Shown here in pieces: positions 40,561-50,624 of a stretch of 64,000 bases of DNA. The position numbers were made by a program, and so were the translations under genes. The notes under the pieces were generated by a model. That model was not told the origin of the DNA. It saw nothing but the letters and a program-made list of their open reading frames with translations, and did no database searches. The DNA comes from a bacterium (lineage in GTDB: Bacteria > Zhuqueibacterota > Zhuqueibacteria > Residuimicrobiales > Krinioviventaceae). The stretch spans positions 832,001-896,000 of the forward strand of contig CAXXFV010000023.1 of assembly GCA_963674595.2 (NCBI GenBank). The letters run 5' to 3'. Each line of letters begins with the position of its first letter. The first letter of the stretch is position 1.

Positions 40561-40650
40561 ATTTAACGCAATGACGCGGGGACGCAAAGACGCAAGGAAT
40601 TCATTCAATACTCATTGCGCCTCTGCGACATTGCGCCATGGCGTTAAAAA
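40561..40650. repeat. REP-like palindrome of 8-mer units after comM
   Basis: aacgcaatgacgcggggacgcaaagacgcaa...ttgcgcctctgcgacattgcgccatggcgtt; homolog at ~52134-52212 and half-copy near 53884. Confidence 0.65.
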
Positions 40651-40793
40651 GGAAGAAGACCCGTATAATCATGTATTTTTGACTTTATTTTTATGCCCGC
40701 CTACACTAAAATTCGAGAAGCGAATTCCTTCCGGTGGACCAATGAAATTTGAGATTAAATCATTCACTTTGACAACACAAAAGGAACAAAACT

Positions 40794-41741
40794 ATGAGAC
40801 CATCACTATTAATTTCAGGCGCTCTGCTGTGCATGGTAATTGTAGCTGGCTTATCATGTGTCCAAAATGATGCAACTCCCGTTGTCACAGAGACACAGGT
40901 GGTCGCCGAAACCGGCCAACCTCCTTCTCCGCCGGCCGGATGGCTCGACCGTTACATTATAGCGAACGGAATTCGCATCCATTACTGGCGTACCGGCGGC
41001 GACAAACCCGTGCTGTTGATGGCCCACGGTTCATCGGACTATGGGCTGTGCTGGACAAATCTGGCGATGGCACTGGAAGGGGACTACGACATTATCATGG
41101 TGGATGCACGAGGACACGGTTTTTCGGATCCGCCCTCCAAATCTGATCCCGTCGATGCCCAGGTCGAAGATCTGGCCGGTCTGATTAGTGAGTTGAAGCT
41201 GGAAAAGCCTATCATGATGGGCCACTCGATGGGGAGCTCTTCCATGTCATGGTTTGCCGCGAGGTACCCCGATATCCCTCAAGCCGTCATTCTTGTGGAT
41301 CCCGGCCTTACACCCCGATCTGCCGGTAATGCCAGTCCCGCTGAAGTCGCGAAAGCACAGGAGGAAAGACGCGCCCAGATACTGGAGCGTAACAACATGA
41401 CGTACGAAGAGCTCGTTGCCTTCGTTATGGAGGGGAATTCTCACTGGGACCGACCCGAAATTGAATTCTGGGCCGTCTCACAGCATCTCCATCATCCCGA
41501 CAATGCTTACAGGAGCCGTAGCGGCTACCCGGCTATGACTGAGTTGTTTGCCAAGATTACCGCGCCGACACTTATCCTCAAAGCCGACGCCGAGGATGAT
41601 GTCCAAAAGCAGAATGAAGAAGTGGCCGGAATTCTCCAAAATGGGAAAATAGTCCACATCGAAGGTGCCGGTCACAGTGTTCACCGGGATCAGAAGGAAC
41701 GCCTACTCACAGCGCTGAGGGCGTTTCTCGCCGAGTTGTGA
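40794..41741 (+). CDS. Alpha/beta hydrolase, probable lipoprotein
   Basis: LSC lipobox; HG, DARGHG, GHSMG and GAGH. Confidence 0.88.
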   Translation: MRPSLLISGALLCMVIVAGLSCVQNDATPVVTETQVVAETGQPPSPPAGWLDRYIIANGIRIHYWRTGGDKPVLLMAHGSSDYGLCWTNLAMALEGDYDIIMVDARGHGFSDPPSKSDPVDAQVEDLAGLISELKLEKPIMMGHSMGSSSMSWFAARYPDIPQAVILVDPGLTPRSAGNASPAEVAKAQEERRAQILERNNMTYEELVAFVMEGNSHWDRPEIEFWAVSQHLHHPDNAYRSRSGYPAMTELFAKITAPTLILKADAEDDVQKQNEEVAGILQNGKIVHIEGAGHSVHRDQKERLLTALRAFLAEL

Positions 41742-41751
41742 CACCTAGTAT

Positions 41752-42023
41752 GATCGAGAGTTGGCGCGGCCTCAACCTGGAATCCCGGGACTGAATTGAC
41801 AACGCCATGCGGACCATGAAGCTTTCGGCCCGGGCCCACTGGAAGTGAGATCTGTGATGTGAGATAGACGAAGTAGAGTTCGAACTTCTCAAATCTTACA
41901 TCTCACTTCGAAGTGGCCCGCACCATCGCCGACCTGGAAGGGGAAGCGGAGATCTCCGCCAGGCACATCTCCGAAACCGCCAACTACCGGTCTCTAGATA
42001 GAGACTACTGGGAAGGATTTTGA
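41752..42023 (+). pseudogene. comM 3'-end remnant (copy 2) with hairpin insertion
   Basis: Encodes MRTMKLSARA..VARTIADLEG..ISETANYRSLDRDYWEGF*; has an in-frame stop and a 68-bp insert at 41842-41909. Confidence 0.9.
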
Positions 42024-42137
42024 GGAAGTGACGACTGTACAGATTGAAACACCTATCATTTTTCACTTACTCCAGGTGTAGGTTGTCATCGGAAAGGGGG
42101 TAATCAAGCCCATAAAGTCTCTCTTAATTATTTGCCT

Positions 42138-42620
42138 TTATGTGTCCCGTTTGTGCTGAAGGCAAACACGGGGAGAACTCCAACCTGAGCTAATCAAGTC
42201 GCAGTCACTACGAGACTGGCATGCTGCTCTTTCTATCTCTCTAGGTTTTCCAAAGAGGAAGTATCCATAAGAAACTATGAATCCAAGGTGAAGTACATAT
42301 ATTACAGGCCAGCATGAAGATTGAAGGGGAATCCCATAAAAAAAATTCAATGATATTTTATACAGAAACAGCAGGACAAAGAGAGTAAACAGGCAAAGAA
42401 CTATTGCCCGCCTGGCCACAGATCTTTCAGAGTCCCTAGCGAAGAAAGAAAGAACACCAGTGCAGATGACAAATATCCCCATACATCGGGCAATCAGATA
42501 AGAATCGCCGGCTGCATTAAAACCCACCAGCGAACTGCATAAAGTCGGAAAAAATATAAATCCTGCCCCAAAAAGGTATGAATAAATGTAGTTCACGGTA
42601 AAAACTGTCTTTAACCGCAT
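42138..42620 (-). CDS. Hypothetical membrane protein (~4 TM)
   Basis: Hydrophobic ORF with GGGGG RBS; possible local compensating frameshifts near 42310-42330. Confidence 0.65.
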   Translation of the reverse strand: MRLKTVFTVNYIYSYLFGAGFIFFPTLCSSLVGFNAAGDSYLIARCMGIFVICTGVLSFFARDSERSVARRAIVLCLFTLFVLLFLYKISLNFFYGIPLQSSCWPVIYVLHLGFIVSYGYFLFGKPREIERAACQSRSDCDLISSGWSSPRVCLQHKRDT

Positions 42621-42657
42621 GTCGACACCCCCTTAAACAGACTATTTTGTTAATAAA

Positions 42658-43194
42658 TCACTCAGCGGCGGCATCAGCCCTACTAATCCTGAATTTAGTA
42701 ATATTCACAGTTTTTTTATCAAGGCTAAGGTTGGCATAAACCATTTTGGTTTTTAACGACGCGTTTATAATTCCTCTAGCATTCATACCGGCAATAATCT
42801 TCTTTTCCGGCAACAGATTCTCGAGAGACTTTTTCCCTGCATCACAGCAGAAGCTGATTACTGCATCACAGTCCTTACATTTTTCAATAATCTTCTTGCG
42901 ATTTCTTTCATCTAGGACACACATGGCGACTACCGGATACTTGCCAACCCAGAAATTCGCTTTCAAACCCTTTTCATTCAGGACCTTGACCAGTCTCCTG
43001 ACCTCCTTCTGCATTGAAACCGCCCTGAAACCTGTAGGGGTAAGTGTAAGCATCGGCGAATCTTCAGGGGCTTTTTGAAAATAAAGACTTATATTCGCGC
43101 AGACTGGACAACCGAGCAGAACAACCTCTCTTTCGTTTTCCACGTCGCTTAAAATTTCTGTGTCTGAACGGGGTTCACAATAGATCATGCCCAC
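42658..43194 (-). CDS. Cys-containing protein resembling the N-terminal domain of the MetV (methylene-THF reductase small subunit) family
   Basis: VVLLGCPVC, KEV..L, MC, DAVISFCCDAG and AGMN pattern; GGAGG RBS. Confidence 0.55.
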   Translation of the reverse strand: MGMIYCEPRSDTEILSDVENEREVVLLGCPVCANISLYFQKAPEDSPMLTLTPTGFRAVSMQKEVRRLVKVLNEKGLKANFWVGKYPVVAMCVLDERNRKKIIEKCKDCDAVISFCCDAGKKSLENLLPEKKIIAGMNARGIINASLKTKMVYANLSLDKKTVNITKFRISRADAAAE

Positions 43195-43635
43195 CCTCCT
43201 CTGTAAAATGACCGACGATGTAACCAGGGCTGCAATCAGATTGATTCTGGGGATAATCCAGACAATTATGATTTTCCAGGCAGATTAAGGAGAATCTTGT
43301 TTTCCTATTTCCCTGTTGTACTAATCTAAAAACTCAGACTATAGATCAGAGCCTTATTCAATATCTCTAGAGCTCAATTCAGCGGAAACTGATTCTGGCA
43401 GTTGAACATCAACGGCCGAGTATATGGCTGTCGCTCAAATGTCTGTTCCTTGAATGTTTCTATTTTAATTTTGGTCAACCGCATAACCACAATTATTTCC
43501 TCAAGCGATCCTGGAGAAATCTCCGGGCTGATCCCAATGACGAGTTCCGTTCGATAGATTGAGGCAACCATTAAAAAGAGATTCCTCCACACCCTGGAAA
43601 TAGGAGAAAACAAAAAAGTAATGTGTTCTACCTGT

Positions 43636-44067
43636 CTATCGTGCCGTCACTCGACGCCAGGTTTCCTCAGAAATGGTTTTATCAGGGAAAAAATATTTTG
43701 ACTTTAAGACGTCACCCTGAAGATTGAATTCCGTGCGATTCGTATACCCAATCCAGTCAGGATTTGAGCCGTTGATAATGACTTCAGTAAAGGTATTTCC
43801 CTCTACCGTATAGGTCCCGGCGTTAGCCCAGCCAAAAGAACCATCTGAATTATGACCAACGACAGCAAAATGGGTGGCATTATAAACCTTGATAGACCTC
43901 CCCTTGTCATCAGCAACAAATTCCTCAACGTTCCCATCGGGAGATGTCATTTTTATGGAAACCAGCTCCCAAGTACCTTCAAGTAATCCCGTTTGCGCCA
44001 GGATGGTTCCTGGAAGAAGAAATGAAAAAGTCAGGATCACGACTACCCCAGTTAATAATGACTTCAT
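43636..44067 (-). CDS. Secreted lipocalin-like domain protein
   Basis: Signal peptide; LEGTWELVS, AGTYTVEG and EETWRRV. Confidence 0.75.
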   Translation of the reverse strand: MKSLLTGVVVILTFSFLLPGTILAQTGLLEGTWELVSIKMTSPDGNVEEFVADDKGRSIKVYNATHFAVVGHNSDGSFGWANAGTYTVEGNTFTEVIINGSNPDWIGYTNRTEFNLQGDVLKSKYFFPDKTISEETWRRVTAR

Positions 44068-44164
44068 GGCAGTACTCCTTGTTTAGGCGGTTAATAATGG
44101 ACTTGCCCCACACTCACTCCGATCTGAACAACAGCTGCTGTTCCGCCCTGATTTGTGCTGCTGA

Positions 44165-44320
44165 GGATGTCTCGCTCCAGTTCCGGGCAGAGCTCCTCAA
44201 CGTTTTCACCTGCAGCCATTTTGAGGACCCGGTGACGAAAATCGTTGCGGTATACCGCTTCGGAAACGTGACCGCGAAAACAGGCCCCGTTACATCCAGC
44301 TAGGGTTACGGTTTGTCTGA
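44165..44320 (+). pseudogene. C-terminal remnant of an Oar-type TonB-dependent receptor
   Basis: SLQFRAELLNVF...F.DP.T.I...FG.VT, then in a shifted frame PRYIQLGLRFV*. Confidence 0.65.
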
Positions 44321-44378
44321 TAGGTTAAACTTTCACCCCTGCTCGCGAACTAACCACTATTGTCTCCATTCACAGCGA

Positions 44379-44990
44379 TTAGGGACACTCCTTTTTACAG
44401 TTGGGATCGGCGCAGTCTATCAGCCCATCGCCGTCATTATCGTGTCCGTCGTAGCACAGTTCACCTTTTTCTGGACCTAGAACGATATCATCGCCTCCGC
44501 TGTCCGCTGGGAATGCGATGCTAAAACTCACAGATTCTTCTTCCATCAACACTAGAGGATCATCATCAGGAATATAGAGCACCAGTACCATGCTTCCAGG
44601 GTCGAAGACGACCTCGCCGTCGCTGTAGATGCCGAATCTGACAATGATGCGATAAGTACAGGTGCTTAAGTCGTCATTATCACAGTCAAAATAGAAGTCC
44701 AGCCTGCCCCCTTCAGGTCCATTATCCTTCAGGACGCGCGCTCTGCCCGAGTGCCAGCCCGCGATCTCTGTACCGAAGAGTTCTTCGGACAAGTTCAGAT
44801 CAATTTCCTCGGGAGAATAGCTCCAGACATTGGTGCCGACAATCACCTCCCCGTAGCTGCTGATGTCCAGTCTCCCATCTGGAGCCGGCCCGAAGACTGC
44901 AGGTTCAGTTTCAATCTTCTTCGGTTTGCCTGAGACGACAGTCATCGCAAAGATGGTTAACAATACGGCCGCAATACTTAGTTTTTTCAT
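44379..44990 (-). CDS. Secreted protein with C-terminal Cys/Asp-rich metal-binding motif
   Basis: Signal peptide; ELCYDGHDNDGDGLIDCADPNC; GGGAG RBS. Confidence 0.75.
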   Translation of the reverse strand: MKKLSIAAVLLTIFAMTVVSGKPKKIETEPAVFGPAPDGRLDISSYGEVIVGTNVWSYSPEEIDLNLSEELFGTEIAGWHSGRARVLKDNGPEGGRLDFYFDCDNDDLSTCTYRIIVRFGIYSDGEVVFDPGSMVLVLYIPDDDPLVLMEEESVSFSIAFPADSGGDDIVLGPEKGELCYDGHDNDGDGLIDCADPNCKKECP

Positions 44991-45236
44991 GATTTTAACT
45001 CCCTATGTATAGATACATTCCAAAGGTATATCCTAGGCAAATCCGCTAAGAAGAGTCCATGCATTGGAAGTCATTTGATTGTCAACTGGTAATTTATTGC
45101 TATAAAAAGACTTACAAGGTTATATCTACAGAGGAATGAAGCCCCGGCATGTAAATCAGGAGGTTATTGACTCTCTGCAGGCAGAGTGTCATACTCCATA
45201 TTGGTTTATGATGAGTGAGGGTACCAGGAGGATACC

Positions 45237-47396
45237 GTGGCAAAAATGATCCGCTCTCCAGGATTCATTCGTTTCGGACTTTTCGAGGTAGATCTCAAGA
45301 ACCGTGAACTGCGAAAAAGGGGTTTGAAGATCAAACTCCAGCAGCAACCGTTCGAAGTTCTTGTTGCCCTGTTGGAACGCCCTGGCGAGATTGTCACTCT
45401 CGACGAACTGCGTCAGCGAATATGGCCTGAAGACATGTTTGTGGACTTCGAACACAGCCTGCGTACGGCGATTCTTAAAATACGGACGGCGCTGGGAGAC
45501 CACACTGCGAATCCTGGCTTCATCGAAACCATTCCCCGCCACGGTTACCGTTTCATTGCTCCCGTTCAAGCTGTTTCAAACAAACAGGCTTCCTCAAGAC
45601 TCGGGCCGTCAATTCGTCGGAAACTCCGCTGGTCTATACAACTTGCCACGGTAACTGCCCTCGTTTTCACAACTGTCTGGTATTTCGTATTTCGTCCTGA
45701 AGACAGACCTCCGGAGAACCTGCTGACGGCCACTCCACTGACCAGTTCGCCGGGTGGAGAACTTATGCCTTCTTTCTCACCGGACGGAAATCAGGTCGCC
45801 TACACCTGTTGTGACGAAGGTGCCTGGGTCCTAACAGGCAACTGCGACATAGTCGTCAAACTCATCGGCACGGAATCCTCTTTATTGCTGACCGAGTACC
45901 CATGGGTAGACCAAGGGCCGGCATGGTCACCAGACGGGCGGCATATCGCTTTCCTTCGTAATCCGCCGGAAGGTATGGCATCGTATTATCTGATACCGGC
46001 GATCGGTGGCCAGGAACGTATGTTGACCGAGACATTTCCACCAATGCCGCCTCCGACTTTAGGAACGGCCATATCCTGGTTTCCTGATGGAAAACACATC
46101 TCCATAATTGTCCGGGATTCTTCGGACGGTCCTCGCAAAATTGCAGTGTTTTCAGTTGAAACTGGAGAACGGCGTGCGCTAACGACTCCCCCTCCCAAAA
46201 GCTATGGCGACAAAGCCCCTGCGGTCTCACCCGATGGCGGCAGTATTGCATTTGTCCGCGAGGGGACCGGCCGGGATAATCTTTCAGACATCTACCTCCT
46301 CAAGCTTTCGGACGATCTCACCAGTATTGGTGAACCTCAGCTGCTACTCGCTAACCTCACTCAGGCAGCACTGGCATGGATGCCGGATGGAGATGCCATC
46401 ATTTTCTCGTCTGGTGGCAGCTTGTGGAGGATGGGCGTATCGGCCGGGCGAGGGGCGAGACCCGAGCGGTTGGCGTTTGGGGGCCAACAGGTCAGCGACC
46501 CCGCACTGTCGCGAGACGGGCAGCGTCTTGCTTATTCACAGGGGATCGTGCGGGAAGATATCTGGCATGTGGAGCTAACCAATACAGGCGAAGTGGCCGG
46601 ATCACCAAGAGAACTCATTTCTTCTACCCGTCAGGATGGCTATCCGCAGTACTCTCCGGACGGTATCCGAATCGCCTTCCTGTCGAACCGCTCCGGAATT
46701 CGTCAGCTCTATGTCTGCGACGCAGACGGTTCGAATCTCGTGCAGTTGACCTCGTTCGCAGCCGGGGTGGAGCTTCCCTATCCCGGTTGGTCTCCAGATG
46801 GTAAAAGCCTCTGTTTCACTGCGAATGTCGAGGGCAACCAGGACGTTTTTTGGATCGACCTTCGCCGGGGATCGCCCCGCCGCCTGACGACAGAAGCGTC
46901 AACTGATTCCCAACCTCAATGGTCGCAAGATGGGGGTTGGATTTACTTCACCACCAACCGGACTGGGGAGCCGCAAATCTGGAAAATTCCTGCCGGCGGC
47001 GGAGCAGCGGTACAAGTGACCCACAATGGTGGTGGGTGTGCCTTTGAGTCTCCAGATGGAAAATTTCTCTACTACATTAAACCCGGATCCGGAGGTGCCG
47101 AACAGCTTTATAAACTTCAGCTATCTGGTGGCGAAGAAAGCCTGGTTCTAGAAGAAGTGTTCTGGCTAAACTTCTCTATGTCTGGAGAAGGTATTTACTT
47201 TATCCCGCAGCGTGATTCCGATTGCGACTGCTACCATCTTCAGTGGCTCGACTGCACGACCGGGAAGAGCAAGCCGGTGATTGATGTCAAGAACGTTGGT
47301 GGAGGGCTCTCGGTTTCGAGTGACGGCCACTCTCTCTTGTACACAAAGGTTGTACACTTCAGCACAGATCTCATGCTGGTGGAAAACTTTCACTGA
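45237..47396 (+). CDS. Membrane-anchored winged-helix (CadC/OmpR-type) regulator fused to TolB/PD40 beta-propellers
   Basis: FGLFEVD...LQQQPF..LLERPG..IETIPRHGYRF, a TM helix, then repeated (W/F)SPDG motifs. Confidence 0.9.
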   Translation: MAKMIRSPGFIRFGLFEVDLKNRELRKRGLKIKLQQQPFEVLVALLERPGEIVTLDELRQRIWPEDMFVDFEHSLRTAILKIRTALGDHTANPGFIETIPRHGYRFIAPVQAVSNKQASSRLGPSIRRKLRWSIQLATVTALVFTTVWYFVFRPEDRPPENLLTATPLTSSPGGELMPSFSPDGNQVAYTCCDEGAWVLTGNCDIVVKLIGTESSLLLTEYPWVDQGPAWSPDGRHIAFLRNPPEGMASYYLIPAIGGQERMLTETFPPMPPPTLGTAISWFPDGKHISIIVRDSSDGPRKIAVFSVETGERRALTTPPPKSYGDKAPAVSPDGGSIAFVREGTGRDNLSDIYLLKLSDDLTSIGEPQLLLANLTQAALAWMPDGDAIIFSSGGSLWRMGVSAGRGARPERLAFGGQQVSDPALSRDGQRLAYSQGIVREDIWHVELTNTGEVAGSPRELISSTRQDGYPQYSPDGIRIAFLSNRSGIRQLYVCDADGSNLVQLTSFAAGVELPYPGWSPDGKSLCFTANVEGNQDVFWIDLRRGSPRRLTTEASTDSQPQWSQDGGWIYFTTNRTGEPQIWKIPAGGGAAVQVTHNGGGCAFESPDGKFLYYIKPGSGGAEQLYKLQLSGGEESLVLEEVFWLNFSMSGEGIYFIPQRDSDCDCYHLQWLDCTTGKSKPVIDVKNVGGGLSVSSDGHSLLYTKVVHFSTDLMLVENFH

Positions 47397-47490
47397 TGCT
47401 CCGAGCAGTACCTTGTCAACTTAAAAAGCCAGTCAGCTGCATCAGCGAAAATTGCAGCATACAATCCAGTTACAAAGGCTACCAATTGTC

Positions 47491-47700
47491 TCCCGAGGAG
47501 GACCTTTCACGAGACCCTGAAAGCCTCGGCGTGCACAGCGTCTGCGGCTACTACAAAAGCCGCCTCAAGGACTGCAATGACCAGATGACACCAAGGGAAA
47601 TCGAGACTTACTGCGGCCTCAACCAGGAATCCCGTGACTGCATAGACAACGCCATGCACACCATGAAGCTTTCCGCCCGGGCCCACTGGAAATGAGATCA
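47491..47700 (+). pseudogene. Internally deleted comM remnant (copy 3)
   Basis: Collinear with comM 39724-39781, 40070-40102 and 40312-40425; VHSVCGYY..LKDCNDQMTPREIE.YC.LNQES..MKLSARAH. Confidence 0.88.
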
Positions 47701-47762
47701 ATGAGAGTGCGGTTTGGGAACAATCTTTAAACGTTATTATGATGTCCATAACCTGCCAGTAA

Positions 47763-49127
47763 TCAATCGAGCGTGACGAAGCCTTGGTATCCTTCCTCAT
47801 CCCAGCAGATTTCGGCTCCATAGCGCCGCGACCTGGAAGCAATCCGTGCGATGATAGACCTGCCCAGCTCCGGGTCGGCAAGGCGAGGCGTTCCGCGGGT
47901 TGAATCCGGGTCGTCACGGCGAAGATCGAGAGGCAGGAGTCGAAGCTCAAGGACGCGTCCTGCCGCGATACGGAGCGATGCCGCGACTGATTCCCATGCC
48001 TGCCGGGGCCAAAGCGTTCCAGGCAGCCCCCCCAACCTTGCCTGCCGGAGGTCCTCCGGCGCAGCGTTGTCTCCCAGCCCGTATCTTTCGTAGGTGTCGT
48101 CCGGATATCGATCGATCTGGTGGACCTGAAAGCTGAAGTTTCCGAGACAGTAGAAGATTGGTTTCCCGGCGTAGATCTCGATACCCTGGATCTCGTGGGG
48201 CCCGTGGGCAACGAAGACATCGGCCCCCGCGTCCAGGATTCGGTGGGCCAGCCCCCGCAGCCACGAACCCTGCCGGTGGGAATGCAGCGAGAAGATCACT
48301 ACATCGGCCTTATTCGCAGCCTCCCGCACCGCCGCGAGATTCCCAGCCAGGTCTGAGGGATCCGGGCGCGTCCCTGACGCTATTGAAAACCTATCGTCGA
48401 TCCGGAAATCGAAACCCGCGATCTGGAAGCGCGGGCGGCCGAACCTGCATCCGGAGAATCCCAGGGCCAGGGCTGCCCGCTGCAGCCCGGAGGCTGTTTC
48501 CGGTGGCAGAGTGAAACGCGTGTCAGAAATGATCCGCAACGGGTTGATGCCGGGTCGGCCCGCGACACCAGGCCGTGAGTTCGAGGCCAGGCCGTAGGGG
48601 GTGAATGTACTGGCGGCGGAGACTAGAGCAAAGGTGCTCTCCTGGTGCCGGAAGTATCGGGGAGCGCGGGCGGCTGGGAGATCTTCGCCGGATCCGGCCA
48701 GAACGATGCCCGCCTCCCGCACGTTCTTCAGGTTCTCGAGAACGCCCAACGATCCGTAGTCGAAGCTGTGATTGTTGGCGTGCGACACCATGTCAATTCC
48801 GGCCCACGCGATCTCTCGCGCAATCTCGCGCCGGGCGGCCAGCCACCCTCCACCGCCGTGCGCCTGGGCGTAACCATGAAAATCATTGATCACCTCCTCG
48901 AGGTTGACAAGGGTCACGTCGGCCGAACGAAGTACATCCACGAGGTCCCGAAAGGCTGGATCAGGATCCCGCGACCAGGGCTGCGTGAGGACCATGTCCC
49001 CTCCGATCAACAGAGACAGTTCATCGGGACGCGACGCTGCGGCGACAGTGTCCGGCAGCCCTTGGCTTGTGAATCCTCCTGGAAGTCCCTTGCTTGATCC
49101 TCCTCCGCGTTCCGCCGCCTTCCCCAT
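47763..49127 (-). CDS. CapA/PgsA-family (metallophosphoesterase-like) protein
   Basis: GGDM, NLE, ANNHSFDYG, SLHSH, HGPH..GIEIY and YCLGNF. Confidence 0.88.
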   Translation of the reverse strand: MGKAAERGGGSSKGLPGGFTSQGLPDTVAAASRPDELSLLIGGDMVLTQPWSRDPDPAFRDLVDVLRSADVTLVNLEEVINDFHGYAQAHGGGGWLAARREIAREIAWAGIDMVSHANNHSFDYGSLGVLENLKNVREAGIVLAGSGEDLPAARAPRYFRHQESTFALVSAASTFTPYGLASNSRPGVAGRPGINPLRIISDTRFTLPPETASGLQRAALALGFSGCRFGRPRFQIAGFDFRIDDRFSIASGTRPDPSDLAGNLAAVREAANKADVVIFSLHSHRQGSWLRGLAHRILDAGADVFVAHGPHEIQGIEIYAGKPIFYCLGNFSFQVHQIDRYPDDTYERYGLGDNAAPEDLRQARLGGLPGTLWPRQAWESVAASLRIAAGRVLELRLLPLDLRRDDPDSTRGTPRLADPELGRSIIARIASRSRRYGAEICWDEEGYQGFVTLD

Positions 49128-49176
49128 ATGTCATCCTCGTCGAAAGCAAATTCTTATGTTATATCTATTAGGTCGT

Positions 49177-50592
49177 TTAGTCCTGGAGGGATGAATTTGC
49201 CTGTCCCTCTTCGTCGAAGATTTCCCGCCTCAACCTCTTTACTACGTCATCAACCTGCATGGGAGCAGTTCCCAGGTAGGTGGAGATATCAAAAAGATCA
49301 TCCCATTCGCGTTCAGTGAAGGGACTCCGTAAATCAGGTTCCTGATTGGCCAGTGTCTTCAGGGAGAGATTCTGATCCCGGGCCATCGTACAGAGATCAT
49401 GCAATTTCTGATGGATAAGCATCTTCTTTCCGGTCTTGCGGTAAAGGGCTATCATGATTCTTTCGGTAGCAACCTGGTCCAGCAGTCGGGGATTGAACAC
49501 GTTACCCCGCATTGCTTCCGGATGAATTACCAGTCGATCCATCGCCTTGTTGAGATTAGCCAGAGCCCTGGAGGTCATCAGGTACGCCCCTGGCAGTGCC
49601 GTCCAGAGCACTGGAATTCTGGTGGCGTCACGATGCCCTGTCTGCCGAACGGACAACATGGCATGGGCATAACCCTGGACCAGGCTGGCCAATCCAGCGA
49701 GGTGCTCAAGGCTTTCCGGGTTCTGCTTGTGAGGCATGGTGCTGCTCGAGTGTTCTTCCCGGTTCAGATTCACTGCTATTTCATCCACTTCCACCTGCAT
49801 CCCGTGCACCAGATCCATTGCCATCTTAGCCAGCGAGGATGAGATCCCGGCCAGTAAAGTAACGGGTTCCGAGAAACGGTCAAATCTTTCCTGGAGGTCC
49901 ATTGGGGGGACTGCCAGGCCCAACTGAATGCACATGCGGCGCTCAAGTTCGCGCGCATTGAGCGGATCCGCCAATTCAACAAAAGCACTCTGCGTGCCCA
50001 CTCCACCACTCAGGCTTCCGATTAGCCAGCGCCGGCGGGCCTCATTCAAGCGGACCCGGTGGTCCTGAACACACAAGGCCCATCCGGCGAGAACCAAGCC
50101 GAAGCTTGTAGGGAGAGCAGGCTGTTGGTGGGTGCGTCCCATGACGACGGTTTCCCGGTATTCCTCGGCTCGGTCACACAGGATCAGGCAGAGATCTGCG
50201 GATTGCTTCTGGATCAAATCATGGGCGGGGTTCATCTGCAGAACCATCCCGGTATCCATGATGTCCTGGGTAGTCGGGCCCACATGAAGGTGTTCAGCAG
50301 ACTCTCCACAAAGGTGGCGCAGGGTTTTAAGAAAGGCCACCATCAAATGCCCCACCTCCCCTTTTCGGACCAGGACCTGGTCAGGCTGAATCTGAATAGC
50401 ATCCAGAGCCTCAAGTAACTTAACACCAGGACCGGAAGGAATCATATCCAAAGCGATTTGTTCCTGTAACACAACACGTTCCACTCGCAACCAGGTATCA
50501 AGCATGGCGCCTTCGGTCCACAGTTCCCGCATTTCCTGGGTTGATACCGCTTCACGGGTCAGTAAGCCTCCGAAAGGGATTGGGTTTTCCAT
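49177..50592 (-). CDS. Fumarate-lyase superfamily enzyme (adenylosuccinate lyase / PcaB-like)
   Basis: HVGPTTQD, GRTHQQPA and SSTMPHKQNP signature. Confidence 0.88.
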   Translation of the reverse strand: MENPIPFGGLLTREAVSTQEMRELWTEGAMLDTWLRVERVVLQEQIALDMIPSGPGVKLLEALDAIQIQPDQVLVRKGEVGHLMVAFLKTLRHLCGESAEHLHVGPTTQDIMDTGMVLQMNPAHDLIQKQSADLCLILCDRAEEYRETVVMGRTHQQPALPTSFGLVLAGWALCVQDHRVRLNEARRRWLIGSLSGGVGTQSAFVELADPLNARELERRMCIQLGLAVPPMDLQERFDRFSEPVTLLAGISSSLAKMAMDLVHGMQVEVDEIAVNLNREEHSSSTMPHKQNPESLEHLAGLASLVQGYAHAMLSVRQTGHRDATRIPVLWTALPGAYLMTSRALANLNKAMDRLVIHPEAMRGNVFNPRLLDQVATERIMIALYRKTGKKMLIHQKLHDLCTMARDQNLSLKTLANQEPDLRSPFTEREWDDLFDISTYLGTAPMQVDDVVKRLRREIFDEEGQANSSLQD

Positions 50593-50624
50593 AACTTTCT
50601 CCTTATTAAATAAAATTCAGCGTG

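Noticed and set aside
49177-50592. Housekeeping purB
   Set aside because: Divergent sequence in an accessory operon; only superfamily-level motifs support a call
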